This document shows positions 18,644 through 29,313 of a stretch of DNA of 64,000 nt, one piece after another. The DNA comes from an uncultured Planctomycetia bacterium (GTDB lineage Bacteria; Planctomycetota; Phycisphaerae; Phycisphaerales; SM1A02). The stretch is taken from assembly GCA_937919205.1 (NCBI GenBank), contig CALFOZ010000103.1, positions 4,127-68,126 of the forward strand, written 5' to 3'. Position 1 is the first letter of the stretch. Every line of letters begins with the position of its first letter. Below the pieces are notes generated by a model, which saw only the letters and a program-made list of their open reading frames with translations, had not been told where the DNA came from and searched no databases. A program made the position numbers and the translations under genes.

Positions 18644-19645
18644 TCATGCCAACGGGTTGCGCAACTTTTGTCGAAGATACACGGCAACGCCGTTGAAGCA
18701 GATCAGCGCGATCAACAACACCACAATGGCCGACGCGGCCAGTTGGTGAAAAGATTCTTGTGGTCGGCCCGCCCAGTTGAAAATTTGAAATGGCAGAACG
18801 GTGAAATTGTCGTTGAGATTGTCCGGCGTGTTGGCGATGAACACTGGAATGCCAAGCACAAGCAGGGGCGCGGCCTCGCCCATGGCGCGGCTCATGGCCA
18901 GGATGGCGCCAGTTAAAATGCTGGGAATTGCCGCGGGCAAAGTGATTTTTGAAGCGGTCTGCCACGGCGTGGCGCCAATGGCAAGACTGGCCTGGCGCAG
19001 ACTTGAAGGCACCGCGCGTAGAGCCTCGCGGCTGGAAATAATCACAATCGGCAACACCACCAACATCAAGGTCAATCCACCCGCAAGCAAGCCTTGACCA
19101 AACGGAAGTTGAATGTGCCACCACGCATTGTCTGGACCAAACGAAAGCGCGCTATTTTTGTCGGTTCCAAAAAGTCCAAACATGCGCGTGAACGCGGTCA
19201 GACCAAGAATGCCGTACACAATGCTGGGTACGCCAGCCAAATTGCGAATGTTGAAATCAACCAACGCGGTCCAGCGATTCTTGGGCGCGAACTCCTCCAA
19301 ATAAATCGCCGTTCCAATTCCAAGCGGCAACGCCAGCAATGCGCAAATGGCGCACACCCACAGCGAGCCAATCACTGCGGCATAAATGCCGGCCTTCTCT
19401 GGAAAGCGGCTGGCGAAGTTGGTCAGAAATTCCCAGCGGATTATTTTTGTCAACTGCGAAAGTTCACCGTGGGCGAACACCGCGCTCAGCGCGTCGCTGT
19501 TGAACAAGAAGTGCGAGCCTTGCACCATGATGGACGCAATCAACAGCGCCAAAATAAGAATGGTGGCGCTGGTGCTGAACAGGCACAGCGCAAGGAACGC
19601 GCGGTTCTTCAAAATGCGGCGAGTTCGTATGGAAATAGCCCTCAT
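18644..19645 (-). CDS. pstA: Phosphate ABC transporter permease PstA
   Basis: Polytopic permease with an EAA-like loop (REALRAVPSSLRQASLAIGATPWQ). Operon position fits pstA. Confidence 0.88.
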   Translation of the reverse strand: MRAISIRTRRILKNRAFLALCLFSTSATILILALLIASIMVQGSHFLFNSDALSAVFAHGELSQLTKIIRWEFLTNFASRFPEKAGIYAAVIGSLWVCAICALLALPLGIGTAIYLEEFAPKNRWTALVDFNIRNLAGVPSIVYGILGLTAFTRMFGLFGTDKNSALSFGPDNAWWHIQLPFGQGLLAGGLTLMLVVLPIVIISSREALRAVPSSLRQASLAIGATPWQTASKITLPAAIPSILTGAILAMSRAMGEAAPLLVLGIPVFIANTPDNLNDNFTVLPFQIFNWAGRPQESFHQLAASAIVVLLIALICFNGVAVYLRQKLRNPLA

Positions 19646-20649
19646 TCGTACACCTCGCGATATCGATTTAGAAGAATGTTTCCAATAATGGAAAGCACCA
19701 ACGTGACCAGGAACAGCACCATGGCCACTGCGTAACTGGAAAGATTTTCAACCCCAAAGGCGGGCGCGTCTCCCAGAAAAATTTGCACCATGTACGCCGT
19801 CATGGTTTGCACTTGGTCGGCTGGGTTAAGCGTCATATGCGCCAAGCCGCCGGCGGCCAGCGCCACAACCATGGTCTCACCAATGGCGCGCGTGATGGCA
19901 AGAAAACAGCTGGCCATAATGCCGCTCAGCGCGGCGGGCGTGACCACCTTCACGCTGACATCAAATTTGGTGCTCCCCAGCGCGTACGCGCCTTCGCGCA
20001 ACGAACGCGGCACGGATTGCATCGCGTCCTCGCTCAGGGACGCCACGATTGGAAGAATCATGATCCCAACGGCAATGCCAGCGGCGCCAGCGTTGTAGCC
20101 AGAAAATATCGGCGCGCCAAAAAGAAAGTTGCACGCGCCTTGTAGCGCGGGTGTGATCACCAGTAGCGCGAAAAATCCGTAGACCACCGTGGGCACGCCC
20201 GCCAGAATTTCAATGATGGGTTTCAAGATGGCGCGCTTGCGCGCGGTGGCGTATTCGCTCATGTAAATCGCGGTGATTAAACCAAGGGGAATGGCGGTCA
20301 TGGCGGCGACAATCGACACTAGAAAAGTGCCGCAAATCAGCGGCCAAATACCGAAATGTTTTTCCGCGCCAAGCAGTGGGCTCCATGTGGTGCCAAACAA
20401 AAAGTCGGTCAGTTCAATTTCTGGTAGTTGAATAAACGCAATGGTCTCGCGCAATAGAATGCTGATAATGCCAACCGTAATGGCAATGCTGATCAGCGCG
20501 GTGCCGCCCAGCAATCCGCGGATGACAAATTCCCATGCGTCACGTGCGCTCCGGGACCTGGTCACGCCCTTGCGCGCCAACTCAACCGCGCTTGTAGCGG
20601 CTTTGGCTGAAATGGCGCTCATGGAACTTTGTTTCCAGCGCTGTCCCAA
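19642..20649 (-). CDS. pstC: Phosphate ABC transporter permease PstC
   Basis: Polytopic permease with an EAA loop (SEDAMQSVPRSLREGAYALGSTKFD). Overlaps pstA (4 nt) and pstS. Confidence 0.88.
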   Translation of the reverse strand: MGQRWKQSSMSAISAKAATSAVELARKGVTRSRSARDAWEFVIRGLLGGTALISIAITVGIISILLRETIAFIQLPEIELTDFLFGTTWSPLLGAEKHFGIWPLICGTFLVSIVAAMTAIPLGLITAIYMSEYATARKRAILKPIIEILAGVPTVVYGFFALLVITPALQGACNFLFGAPIFSGYNAGAAGIAVGIMILPIVASLSEDAMQSVPRSLREGAYALGSTKFDVSVKVVTPAALSGIMASCFLAITRAIGETMVVALAAGGLAHMTLNPADQVQTMTAYMVQIFLGDAPAFGVENLSSYAVAMVLFLVTLVLSIIGNILLNRYREVYE

Positions 20650-21590
20650 TTTTGCGTGCCAAGTTTTTTAGATTTCCACGTGGCGGCCGCGCGCTCTTGC
20701 ATCGGCGCGGGCAACGGCGTGTAGCCAACCTCTTTGGACAAGGCCGCTGTGTTGGCCAAATAGAAATCCACAAACGCGGCAACTTCTGGTCGCGCCGCGC
20801 TCTTGGCGTTGACATAAATAAACATAGGGCGGCTGAATGGCGTGTAGGTTCCATCTTGAATGGTCTTGTTGCTTGGTGTGATCGCGCCCTTGCCGCCATC
20901 AATTGGAACCAGCTTTAATTTGCTTGCATTCTCGGCGTAATAGGCAAAACCAAAGTAACCAATCGCATTCTTGTCGCCAGCCACCCCAGTCACCAGCACA
21001 TTGTCGTCCTCGCTCACGGAAAGATCGGATCGAATGTTTCCGTCCTTGCCAAGGGTGACCTCCTTGAAATAATCAAACGTGCCGCTGTCAGTGCCTGGAC
21101 TGAACACCTTGATGGTCTCACTTGGCCAGGCCGGATTCACATCGGACCATTTCTTGGCGGGCGAGTCGGCGCTAAAAATCTTTTTTAGTTGCGCAACATT
21201 CAGTTGCGTCACCCAGGTGTTGGCGGGGTTCACCACTATGGTCAGTCCGTCATACGCAATTGGAAGTTCAATAAAGTCAATTTTGTTTGTCTTGGCGGTC
21301 TGCGCTTCCGATGTGCTGATTGGACGGCTGGCATTGGTGATGTCGGTCTCGCCGGCGCAGAATCTTTTAAAGCCGCCACCTGTTCCGCTCACACCAACGG
21401 TGGTCCGCGTCTTGGTCGCCTTGCCTTGAAAATCTTCCGCGACGGCTTCGGTGATTGGATACACCGTGGAGGAACCGTCCACTTTAATTTGTCCCGTGAG
21501 CTTGCTTAGGTCGGCGTCGCTGGTTTGCATGGCCGCGGCAAGCGCCAATGAAATGAAGAATGCAAGGGTGATTGTTGTGGGTGATTTCAT
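20619..21590 (-). CDS. pstS: Periplasmic phosphate-binding protein PstS
   Basis: Signal peptide is present. PstS-like motifs include IKVDGSSTVYPITEAVAE and GVSGTGGGFKRF. Confidence 0.9.
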   Translation of the reverse strand: MKSPTTITLAFFISLALAAAMQTSDADLSKLTGQIKVDGSSTVYPITEAVAEDFQGKATKTRTTVGVSGTGGGFKRFCAGETDITNASRPISTSEAQTAKTNKIDFIELPIAYDGLTIVVNPANTWVTQLNVAQLKKIFSADSPAKKWSDVNPAWPSETIKVFSPGTDSGTFDYFKEVTLGKDGNIRSDLSVSEDDNVLVTGVAGDKNAIGYFGFAYYAENASKLKLVPIDGGKGAITPSNKTIQDGTYTPFSRPMFIYVNAKSAARPEVAAFVDFYLANTAALSKEVGYTPLPAPMQERAAATWKSKKLGTQNWDSAGNKVP

Positions 21591-21669
21591 GTGCGTACTC
21601 GTAATGGTGGTGGCGGATAAAAAAATAGAATCTCAGTGACATGTTTAGATTGAGTTAAGAAATGTGTAT

Positions 21670-23058
21670 TTACTTGTTTGCCAGCGGAATAATCAAGCTA
21701 AATTTACTGCCATGGCCGATCACGCTTTCTGCAATCACGCTACCTCCGTGCACAATGGCAATGTGTTTCACAATGGCCAGACCCAAGCCTGTGCCACCGT
21801 CCTCGCGACTGCGCGCGCTGTCCACGCGGTAGAAGCGCTCAAATAATCGCGGCAAATGTTTTTCAGGAATGCCCGGGCCTTGGTCCGTCACGGTGATCAG
21901 CGCCATGCGTGTTGCAGATGGGTTGGCAGTATTGTTGAAAGTGTTGCCGGGCGCTTCGCTTGTTCGCGCCGAAATTTCAATGGCGCTTCCGCGCGGCGCG
22001 TAGCGAATGGCGTTGCTCACCAAATTCCCAATCGCTTGTTCGATCAACAGCGCGTTGGCGTGCAATTGCAAATCGCTCTCAATGTCTCGCGTTAATTTCA
22101 CGCCGCGCGCCTCAGCGGCGGGACCAAGTTCGGCGTCCACCCAATCAATCAACGCATTCATTGGCGTGCTTCCCATGGTCACGCGCTCTTTGGAATTGGT
22201 CGACTCCAAAAACGATATAGAAAGCAAATCCTCCACCAGCGCGCCAAGGCGCGACGCGTTGCGCTCCACAATTTCCAAGAAGCGATTCACTTGTCCCGGG
22301 TCGGCCAAACCAATCTGTTGAATCGTTTCTATGTAGCCCTTGATATTGGTGATGGGCGTGCGCAATTCGTGGCTTACATTGGCCACAAAATCACTTCGCA
22401 TGCGCTCCAGCCGTTGCTCGCTGGTGACATCCGCAATCAGTAATAATGCGCCAATTGCCTGCTTGGATTCATCGCGCAAGGTTTCAATGGCGGCGTCCAC
22501 AATGGAGCCCGGCGCGGTTGGTGGCTCCAGCAATCCGTGGCGGCGTTGGCCGTCTTTATAACTGGCCTCCAACATTGAGTTCACTTCTGGAATGCGGCTG
22601 ATTTCTTGGAACAATCGACCGCGCGCGGCCGTCGAGTCAAAGCCCAGCAAGCGCGCCGCCGCGGCGTTGGCCGACAATACGCGCTGATGCGCGTCAAGCA
22701 CCACCAAGCCGTCGCGCATTGATTGCTCGAACAGTTGACGTTGCAAATGTTCGCTGTGAATCTCGTTGCGTGTGCGCGTGTGTTGCTCCGTAATGGCCGC
22801 GCACTGGCGAGAAAGTTGCGCCAACAATGGTCGGCGAAAAATCGGAAAACTGGTGGGACTGTCGCTTGCCAAAGATTTTTGTAGCGCCGCGTTTAGGCGC
22901 GCCACATCAACGGCCATGCGCGCTTGATGGATGGCCGCTAAGAACACGGTTCCAATGGCGATCACGGCGGCGGTTTCGCTTGTGAAGGCGATCCATGCGC
23001 CGATGGAAATCAGCGCGGCCACAATCCATACCAAAGCGGTTGAGAAAATTGGTTTCAT
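21670..23058 (-). CDS. phoR: Sensor histidine kinase, PhoR-like
   Basis: Two N-terminal TM helices, a PAS-like segment, an H-box (SHELRTPITNIKGY), and N/G boxes (NAIRYAP, GTGLGLAIV). Overlaps the phoB stop. Confidence 0.85.
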   Translation of the reverse strand: MKPIFSTALVWIVAALISIGAWIAFTSETAAVIAIGTVFLAAIHQARMAVDVARLNAALQKSLASDSPTSFPIFRRPLLAQLSRQCAAITEQHTRTRNEIHSEHLQRQLFEQSMRDGLVVLDAHQRVLSANAAAARLLGFDSTAARGRLFQEISRIPEVNSMLEASYKDGQRRHGLLEPPTAPGSIVDAAIETLRDESKQAIGALLLIADVTSEQRLERMRSDFVANVSHELRTPITNIKGYIETIQQIGLADPGQVNRFLEIVERNASRLGALVEDLLSISFLESTNSKERVTMGSTPMNALIDWVDAELGPAAEARGVKLTRDIESDLQLHANALLIEQAIGNLVSNAIRYAPRGSAIEISARTSEAPGNTFNNTANPSATRMALITVTDQGPGIPEKHLPRLFERFYRVDSARSREDGGTGLGLAIVKHIAIVHGGSVIAESVIGHGSKFSLIIPLANK

Positions 23059-23804
23059 TCAGCGAGAGCTTCGCGGCTCTCACTAAAACGATACCCGACT
23101 CCGCGCACTGTTTCGATCCACTCGCCAACGGCGCCTAGTTTGCGACGCAGTGCGGTGATATGCACATCAACGGTGCGGCTTGAAAGCACAATGTCCCGGC
23201 CATGCACAGCGGCAATGATCTGGTCGCGCGTGCGCACAAATCCAGGGCGTTTGGCCAGAAATTGCAGAATTCCATACTCCGTCAACGTCAAGTCCAAGGG
23301 TTTGTTGTCAAGTAGCACAACATGGCGGCCCGAATCAATCACAAGTTGTCCATCAAACATACTCATGCGGTCGCTTTCAACTGGCGGCGCTTGGCCGGTT
23401 CTGCGCAACGCGCTTTGCACGCGCGCCACCAACACGCGCGGACTGAATGGCTTGGTGATGTAATCGTCCGCGCCCAATTCAATGCCCGCCACAATATCGC
23501 TCTCATCGCCTTTGGCCGTGACCATGATGATCGGCAGGGTGCGCTGATCATGTGTCTGGCGAATGCGTCGGCATACTTCAAGGCCGTCCACATCTGGCAA
23601 CATCAAGTCAAGCACCACGGCGTCGGGAATGGATTTCTTAATCAAGTCCAACGCCGCGCGGCCTGAGCGCGCGATCGTTGTTTCAATACCGGCGCGCTTG
23701 AGATGCAACTCAACCAGTTCGGCGATTTCTTTTTCATCTTCAACGATAAGCACGGAGTATTTTTCCATGCGAGGGAGTTTGATCTGCGATGTATTGCTAC
23801 TCAT
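23055..23804 (-). CDS. phoB: OmpR-family response regulator, PhoB-like
   Basis: Receiver domain (VLIVEDEKEIAEL...VVLDLMLPDVDG) and winged-helix C-domain (LTLTEYGILQFLAKRPGFVRTRDQI...VDVHITALRRKL). The start is moved to M29 so it does not overlap anmK; the alternative is M41 at 23768. Confidence 0.88.
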   Translation of the reverse strand: MSSNTSQIKLPRMEKYSVLIVEDEKEIAELVELHLKRAGIETTIARSGRAALDLIKKSIPDAVVLDLMLPDVDGLEVCRRIRQTHDQRTLPIIMVTAKGDESDIVAGIELGADDYITKPFSPRVLVARVQSALRRTGQAPPVESDRMSMFDGQLVIDSGRHVVLLDNKPLDLTLTEYGILQFLAKRPGFVRTRDQIIAAVHGRDIVLSSRTVDVHITALRRKLGAVGEWIETVRGVGYRFSESREALAE

Positions 23805-23814
23805 TATGGTTGCG

Positions 23815-25002
23815 TTAAGATTGTGTTTCTTCGGTGGCGTCAGGGGCGGGCAAGCACCAAAGTCCGTCTCGATTATGCACCGCCGCACGCTTTGTGACCT
23901 TGGTCAGCGTGATCGCAAATCCATCCCAGGCCATGGCCGCAAGCACCGCCATGGCCACGGATTCACGCGCCGAAATGTGAACTTTGCTTGCGACATCCGT
24001 GTTGAACACGGGTCGTTGAACCAGCTCCTCAATGCGCGTGCACAACGTTGCGTTCATCGCGCCGCCGCCAGCCAAAAGCACTTCGTGCGAAGGACTTTCG
24101 CTAGTCAGAATGGCTTGCGAAATACTCTTTGCCACGGCAAATACCGCGGTTGCAAGCAGGTCGCACGAAGTCAGTTGAGGCGCCCATTGATTGACCCAAT
24201 CCAAGCCCTCGTCGCCGCTACCGAGCGAGCGATTTTGCGCCGCCGCATTTTTTAACGCCTGCGTCAACGCGGCCTCCGCAAGTGGATGCACCGAACCTTT
24301 GGCGGCGTTACTGCCCTCGGGATCAAAATCCAAATCCAGCGCCAACTTCGCCGCGTGATCCAGAATGTGGTTGCACGCGCACACATCGCGGCCATTTATT
24401 TTTGCCGCGTCGTCCACGCTGGAAGGCAACCAAGTGATGTTGCAGAAGCCACCCAAATTCACAATGGCGCGCGGCCTGTGGCCACGAAATAAAATCCAAT
24501 CCGCAAGCGGCGTGATTGGCGCGCCTTGACCGCCCGCGGCCAGATCCGCGCCGCGCAAATCACTGCCCACCGGACATCGCAACGCGCGCGCGATCGGAAA
24601 TGGATTGATGATTTGCCACGACAGCGGGGGCGCGTGAAAAATAGTTTGTCCATGAATGCCGGCCACATCAACCGCGAGATTTATTTGACCGCCGTTGTTG
24701 TGCGCCTTTAATATTGCAAGCGCGCTTGCGGCGTGGAAATTTCCAAAGTCAAGCGCCAAGCGCGCGAAGTCGCCGGCGGAAAAAGCTTTGCCTTGCGAAG
24801 CCGCGCGCAAGCGAGGTCGAAGCGCGCCCAGATCAAATGTTTGGTGGCGCAACAGCGAGGCGCACGAATGCAAACCGCGCTCGGTGATTTCCACCAGTGC
24901 CATGTCGAGCGCGTCCAAACTTGTGCCCGTCATCGCGCCCAAAGCAACGCGGCGATTTGGCCGCGTCGTGTTGGACTTTGAATTGACGGATGAAAGTTCC
25001 AT
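23815..25002 (-). CDS. anmK: Anhydro-N-acetylmuramic acid kinase
   Basis: N-terminal [18 protein letters not shown] matches the AnmK G-x-MSGTS-x-DG-x-D pattern. Length is about 395 aa. Confidence 0.8.
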   Translation of the reverse strand: MELSSVNSKSNTTRPNRRVALGAMTGTSLDALDMALVEITERGLHSCASLLRHQTFDLGALRPRLRAASQGKAFSAGDFARLALDFGNFHAASALAILKAHNNGGQINLAVDVAGIHGQTIFHAPPLSWQIINPFPIARALRCPVGSDLRGADLAAGGQGAPITPLADWILFRGHRPRAIVNLGGFCNITWLPSSVDDAAKINGRDVCACNHILDHAAKLALDLDFDPEGSNAAKGSVHPLAEAALTQALKNAAAQNRSLGSGDEGLDWVNQWAPQLTSCDLLATAVFAVAKSISQAILTSESPSHEVLLAGGGAMNATLCTRIEELVQRPVFNTDVASKVHISARESVAMAVLAAMAWDGFAITLTKVTKRAAVHNRDGLWCLPAPDATEETQS

Positions 25003-25070
25003 GGGCGCATCTTCCCCGCAAGCGACCTTGCCGTCGAGCAGTTTTTCAACGCTTTCGCTACATTTACTCC

Positions 25071-26048
25071 ATGCGAAAACGAATTCTGGTCACAGGCGGC
25101 GCTGGATTTCTTGGTTCCCACCTGTGCGACCGCTTGGTGGAGGCCGGCCACGAGGTGGTGTGCCTGGATAATTTCTTCACCAGCCATCGCGGAAACATCG
25201 AACATTTGCTGGGCAAGACCAACTTTGAATTGGTGCGCGCCGACGTGACAAATCCAGTGCAATTTGAGGTGGATCAAATTTATAATTTGGCGTGTCCGGC
25301 CGCGCCAGGCCACTATCAATACAACCCAATCAAGACCATGAAGACCAGCGTCATGGGCGCCATGAATGTGTTGGGTCTTGCGCGCCGCGTGCGTGCGCGC
25401 GTGTTGCAGGCCAGCACTAGCGAAGTGTACGGAGATCCCGCGGTGCATCCGCAAGTTGAAAGTTACTGGGGCAATGTGAATCCAATTGGTCCGCGCGCCT
25501 GTTACGACGAGGGCAAGCGCGCCGCCGAAACTTTGTTCTTTGATTATCACCGCATGAACAAGGTTTCCATTCGAGTGGCGCGCATCTTCAATACATATGG
25601 TCCGCGCATCCATCCATTTGACGGCCGAGTTGTGAGCAATTTTATTCGTCAAGCCGTCGCGGGGCAGGACATCACTTTGTTTGGCGATGGCAGTCAGAGC
25701 CGAAGTTTTTGCTACGTGGATGATTTGGTCGACGGCTTGATGAAGTTGATGGCCGCGCCCGACGAGTGCACGGGTCCGATTAATTTGGGAAACACAAATG
25801 AATTCACCGTGAAGCAGTTGGCGGAAAAAATTGTCGCGCTCGCTGGCACAAAGTCCAAAGTGGTCACGGGTCGACCGCTGCCTCAAGATGATCCAACTCG
25901 CCGTCAGCCGGATATTTCCCTGGCCAAGAAAGTGCTTGGTTGGGAGCCCAAAGTTTCTTTAGATGATGGTCTGCGCCGCACCATTGACTGGTTCCGCACC
26001 ATTGATTTGACGGATTACCGCCCGCCAACGCCAAATTTTGTGGCGTAA
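25071..26048 (+). CDS. uxs: UDP-glucuronate decarboxylase (UDP-xylose synthase), SDR family
   Basis: [38 protein letters not shown] is present. The catalytic YDEGKR motif and the [11 protein letters not shown]-like [10 protein letters not shown] are also present. The start is set at ATG 25071. Confidence 0.9.
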   Translation: MRKRILVTGGAGFLGSHLCDRLVEAGHEVVCLDNFFTSHRGNIEHLLGKTNFELVRADVTNPVQFEVDQIYNLACPAAPGHYQYNPIKTMKTSVMGAMNVLGLARRVRARVLQASTSEVYGDPAVHPQVESYWGNVNPIGPRACYDEGKRAAETLFFDYHRMNKVSIRVARIFNTYGPRIHPFDGRVVSNFIRQAVAGQDITLFGDGSQSRSFCYVDDLVDGLMKLMAAPDECTGPINLGNTNEFTVKQLAEKIVALAGTKSKVVTGRPLPQDDPTRRQPDISLAKKVLGWEPKVSLDDGLRRTIDWFRTIDLTDYRPPTPNFVA

Positions 26049-26377
26049 AATATGGCGCGGACGCGGTTTGCAAAAAATCTTATTTGACGGCGCAAAATGC
26101 TGTCACATTCCAATTTGTTCTGCGTTTGTTAGGTGGGACCGAAGAAAAAAGGCAGTGTTTCCTGGAATGCGGCAAATCAAGGGTAGAGTTCATACAAGAA
26201 TTCAACCCTAAAAATTACCGAACAAAGGGTTGACTAGCCGATTGGAATCGGATACCTAATAGATACCAAACAAATGATTTGGCATTGGAGCCAAGTCAAA
26301 TGCAAGGAAAAATCAAAGTTCGGACAGTTTCAAGCCTGTTTCTATAAGAAACAACAACCAAGGAAGGTTACTTACAA

Positions 26378-27724
26378 ATGGTCGCAGCAACAGATTCAAA
26401 AGGTGGCGTAGTCAACGGAGCAGTCAATGCAAACAAGGATGTCAAAGGTGATACGCGGGCAACTGCGACAGCGTCAGCTTCTGGAAATTCCAGAATTTCA
26501 TTAGGAAGTTCAACTTCCGCAGTGGCAACGGGCGCTGTGTCAGCTACAAATCAATCAGTGGCGAAACCAGCGACGGCGTCTGGCGCAACAAACGCAACTG
26601 AAAGGTCAAACATGTCCAAACCAGAAATTAAATCTGACATCAAGTTAGACAAGGCGCCAACCGCCAAGGAAACCGCCAAGGAATCCGTGGAGCAAAAAGC
26701 GAAGTTGAAAGCCATCGAGCAAGCCATGGGACAAATTGAAAAAGCCTACGGCAAGGGCAGCATCATGCGTCTTGATGGCGATTTACCGGAACCAATTCAA
26801 GGCATTTCCACTGGCGCGCTCAGTTTGGATCTTGCGCTGGGTGGTCGTGGTTTGCCGCGTGGACGAGTTGTAGAAATCTTTGGTCCAGAATCAAGTGGTA
26901 AAACAACGTTGGCGCTTACGGCAATCGCCAACACGCAACGCGAAGGCGGCGTGGCCGCGTTCATCGACGCGGAGCATGCGCTCGATCCATCTTGGGCCAA
27001 GCGTTTGGGCGTGAACCTGGATGAAATTTTAGTTTCGCAACCAGACACTGGCGAGCAAGCGCTTGAAATTTGCGAGATGTTGGTTCGATCCAACGCCGTC
27101 AACATGGTCGTCATCGATTCGGTGGCCGCGTTAATTCCGCGCGCTGAAATCGAAGGTGAAATGGGCGACAGCCACATGGGTTTGCAGGCGCGCCTTATGA
27201 GCCAAGCGTTGCGCAAGTTGACCGGCGCCATCGCCAAGAGCGATTGCATTGTGGTGTTCATCAATCAGTTGCGTGAGAAGATTGGCGTTATGTTTGGTAG
27301 CCCGGAAACAACCACCGGCGGTCGCGCGCTCAAGTTCTACGCCACGGTGCGCATTGATATTCGCCGCATTGGCCAGATCAAAGAGGGCGACCGAATTGTG
27401 GGCAATCGCATCAAGACCAAGGTGGTCAAGAATAAGATCGCGCCGCCGTTCCGCGAGGCGGAATTTGACATCATGTTTGATGAGGGTATTTCCACATCGG
27501 GCGATGTCCTGGACATGGCCACCGCGGATGAAGTGGTGGATAAGAGCGGTTCCTGGTTTAGCTACGGAGCCACTCGACTCGGTCAAGGCCGTGAAGGCGC
27601 CAAGTTGTTCCTGCGCCAGAATCCGGCGTTGCTCGATGAGATTCGAAAGGCCGTCATGGCGAAGCGTTTGGCTAATCCAAATGGAATTCCAACCAAGCCC
27701 AAGGATGAGTCCGACGACGAGTAA
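26378..27724 (+). CDS. recA: Recombinase RecA with a low-complexity N-terminal extension of about 105 aa
   Basis: The core begins at [26 protein letters not shown]. Walker A is [12 protein letters not shown]. Alternative start is ATG 26612 (MSKPEIK). Confidence 0.93.
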   Translation: MVAATDSKGGVVNGAVNANKDVKGDTRATATASASGNSRISLGSSTSAVATGAVSATNQSVAKPATASGATNATERSNMSKPEIKSDIKLDKAPTAKETAKESVEQKAKLKAIEQAMGQIEKAYGKGSIMRLDGDLPEPIQGISTGALSLDLALGGRGLPRGRVVEIFGPESSGKTTLALTAIANTQREGGVAAFIDAEHALDPSWAKRLGVNLDEILVSQPDTGEQALEICEMLVRSNAVNMVVIDSVAALIPRAEIEGEMGDSHMGLQARLMSQALRKLTGAIAKSDCIVVFINQLREKIGVMFGSPETTTGGRALKFYATVRIDIRRIGQIKEGDRIVGNRIKTKVVKNKIAPPFREAEFDIMFDEGISTSGDVLDMATADEVVDKSGSWFSYGATRLGQGREGAKLFLRQNPALLDEIRKAVMAKRLANPNGIPTKPKDESDDE

Positions 27725-27812
27725 ATTCTGAAAGAAAGATTCCCGTGTTGGGGGGTTCTCGACGGAGCCGCTCAGCTCGGAAAAATCCTTTCAACACCAA
27801 GAAGTTCAAAGA

Positions 27813-27840
27813 AGTCCGACATGGGTCGGACTTTTTATTT
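27813..27840. terminator. Bidirectional hairpin terminator between convergent recA and the gabD-like gene
   Basis: agtccgac-atgg-gtcggact (8-bp stem) followed by ttttattttt on the plus strand. It abuts the stop codon of the minus-strand dehydrogenase gene. Confidence 0.7.
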
Positions 27841-29277
27841 TTCCAGCGAGCGAAGCGCCAGATATTGCGTTGTGACATATTCCATCAAGCCCCAAGCGCC
27901 GCCTTCGCGTCCATATCCGCTGTATTTCACGCCGCCAAAGGGCGCGCGCGCGTTGCTGGGCGCGGCTTCATTCACCCCAATCACGCCGCACTGCAATTGT
28001 TGCGCCACGCCACGCGCGGATGCGTCGTTGCCGCCAAACACATAGCCCGCCAATCCAAACGGACTCGAATTTGCAATCTCAATGGCTTGGATTTCAGATG
28101 CCACGCTCATAATTGGAATCACCGGTCCAAATGTTTCTTCCTCAAAGCACAGCATGCTTGGATCGCAATTGGCAATCACGGTGGGCTCAAAGAAACGGTC
28201 GGGGCGGTCGGGGATTTCCTTTGTGCGACCGCCGCAGATCAACTTTGCGCCACGCGCCAGCGCGTCGGCAACATGCGCGCGAACTTTTTCAACGGCCGCA
28301 TCGTGAATCAGCGGACCTATTTGGCATCCCGCGTCTAGGCCTGGCGCAATCTTCAGTTGCGCGGCCGCCACGGCCACGCGCGCGGCAAATTCGCTGGCGA
28401 TGGATTCATGCACAAGAAATCTATTGGGGCAAATGCAAGTTTGCCCAGCGTTACGAAACTTGGATTGCACCGCGCCTTTGACAGCCAATTCAATATCGGC
28501 GTCTTGTAGAACAATAAATGCGGCGTGTCCTCCAAGCTCCATGGAACAGCGGACAATTTCCGGCGCGCACTGGCGCAAAAGCAAGCGGCCGGTCTCCGTG
28601 CTTCCGGTGAAACTGAGTTTGCGCACGCGGCCATCCATAAGCCAAGTTGTTGCGATTGCCTTCGCGTCGCCGATCAACACATGTAAACACTGTGGCGGCA
28701 GACCGCACTCCAAAAGAATTTCCGCAAGCGCGAAAGCCGAAAGCGGAGTCTCTTGCGCAGGCTTGGCAAGTTGCGCACACCCCGCAGCAAGGGCAGGCGC
28801 AACCTTGCGCGCCAACATAGCCAGCGGAAAATTCCACGGGGTGATTGCCGCGCACACGCCAACGGCCCGGTGCCTGACAACGCCGCGCAAGCCTGGTCGT
28901 TCCAGGGAAACTTCCATCTCGTTCAGCGCCTGAATTTCTTGCGCGGCGCTGGAAAAATAATCCGCGCTGTACTGCACCTCGCTGGCAGCCTCCGCAAGCG
29001 GCTTGCCACACTCTTGCGTGATGATGCGTGCCAGCGAATCTTTTCTGGCAACCACCATCGCGGCGGTTGCCCGCAACACATCGGCGCGTTGCGTGATTGG
29101 CGTGGCTTCCCACTCGGGTTGAAATTCAAATGCGCAGTTCAGCGCGCTCAACGCCTCGCTTGCGCCACACATGGGCACGCGCGCGATCACTTCGCCGCTG
29201 GCTGGATCGGCCACATCAATCGCGCCGCCAGAACCAATATCCGTCCATCGACCAGCGATCAAATTGCGTGTTTGCAT
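27835..29277 (-). CDS. gabD: Succinate-semialdehyde dehydrogenase-like NAD(P)+ aldehyde dehydrogenase
   Basis: ALDH motifs are present: FTGSTETGR, ELGGHAAFIV, a catalytic Cys in GQTCICPNR, and EETFGPV. The start is taken at MQTRNLIAGRW; the track start is 29295. Confidence 0.85.
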   Translation of the reverse strand: MQTRNLIAGRWTDIGSGGAIDVADPASGEVIARVPMCGASEALSALNCAFEFQPEWEATPITQRADVLRATAAMVVARKDSLARIITQECGKPLAEAASEVQYSADYFSSAAQEIQALNEMEVSLERPGLRGVVRHRAVGVCAAITPWNFPLAMLARKVAPALAAGCAQLAKPAQETPLSAFALAEILLECGLPPQCLHVLIGDAKAIATTWLMDGRVRKLSFTGSTETGRLLLRQCAPEIVRCSMELGGHAAFIVLQDADIELAVKGAVQSKFRNAGQTCICPNRFLVHESIASEFAARVAVAAAQLKIAPGLDAGCQIGPLIHDAAVEKVRAHVADALARGAKLICGGRTKEIPDRPDRFFEPTVIANCDPSMLCFEEETFGPVIPIMSVASEIQAIEIANSSPFGLAGYVFGGNDASARGVAQQLQCGVIGVNEAAPSNARAPFGGVKYSGYGREGGAWGLMEYVTTQYLALRSLEK

Positions 29278-29313
29278 TGTCCCCAAAGCGTACACTTATG
29301 TAAGAGGTAAACC

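Noticed and set aside
21591-21669. Search for Pho boxes upstream of pstS
   Set aside because: Only a single TGTCAC-like half-site is visible on the minus strand (aaacatgtcactgag), with no second repeat at the 11-bp phasing expected from the E. coli consensus. I cannot support a call.
24930-25886. 318-aa minus-strand ORF
   Set aside because: It is entirely antisense to the strongly motif-supported UDP-glucuronate decarboxylase gene. Its H/R/A-rich composition is typical of shadow ORFs in GC-rich coding DNA.
26117-26131. GTTC-N7-GTTA direct repeat upstream of recA, resembling the alpha-proteobacterial SOS box GTTC-N7-GTTC
   Set aside because: It has one mismatch in a short motif, lies 250 nt from the start codon, and the organism does not look alpha-proteobacterial. 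Chance occurrence is likely.
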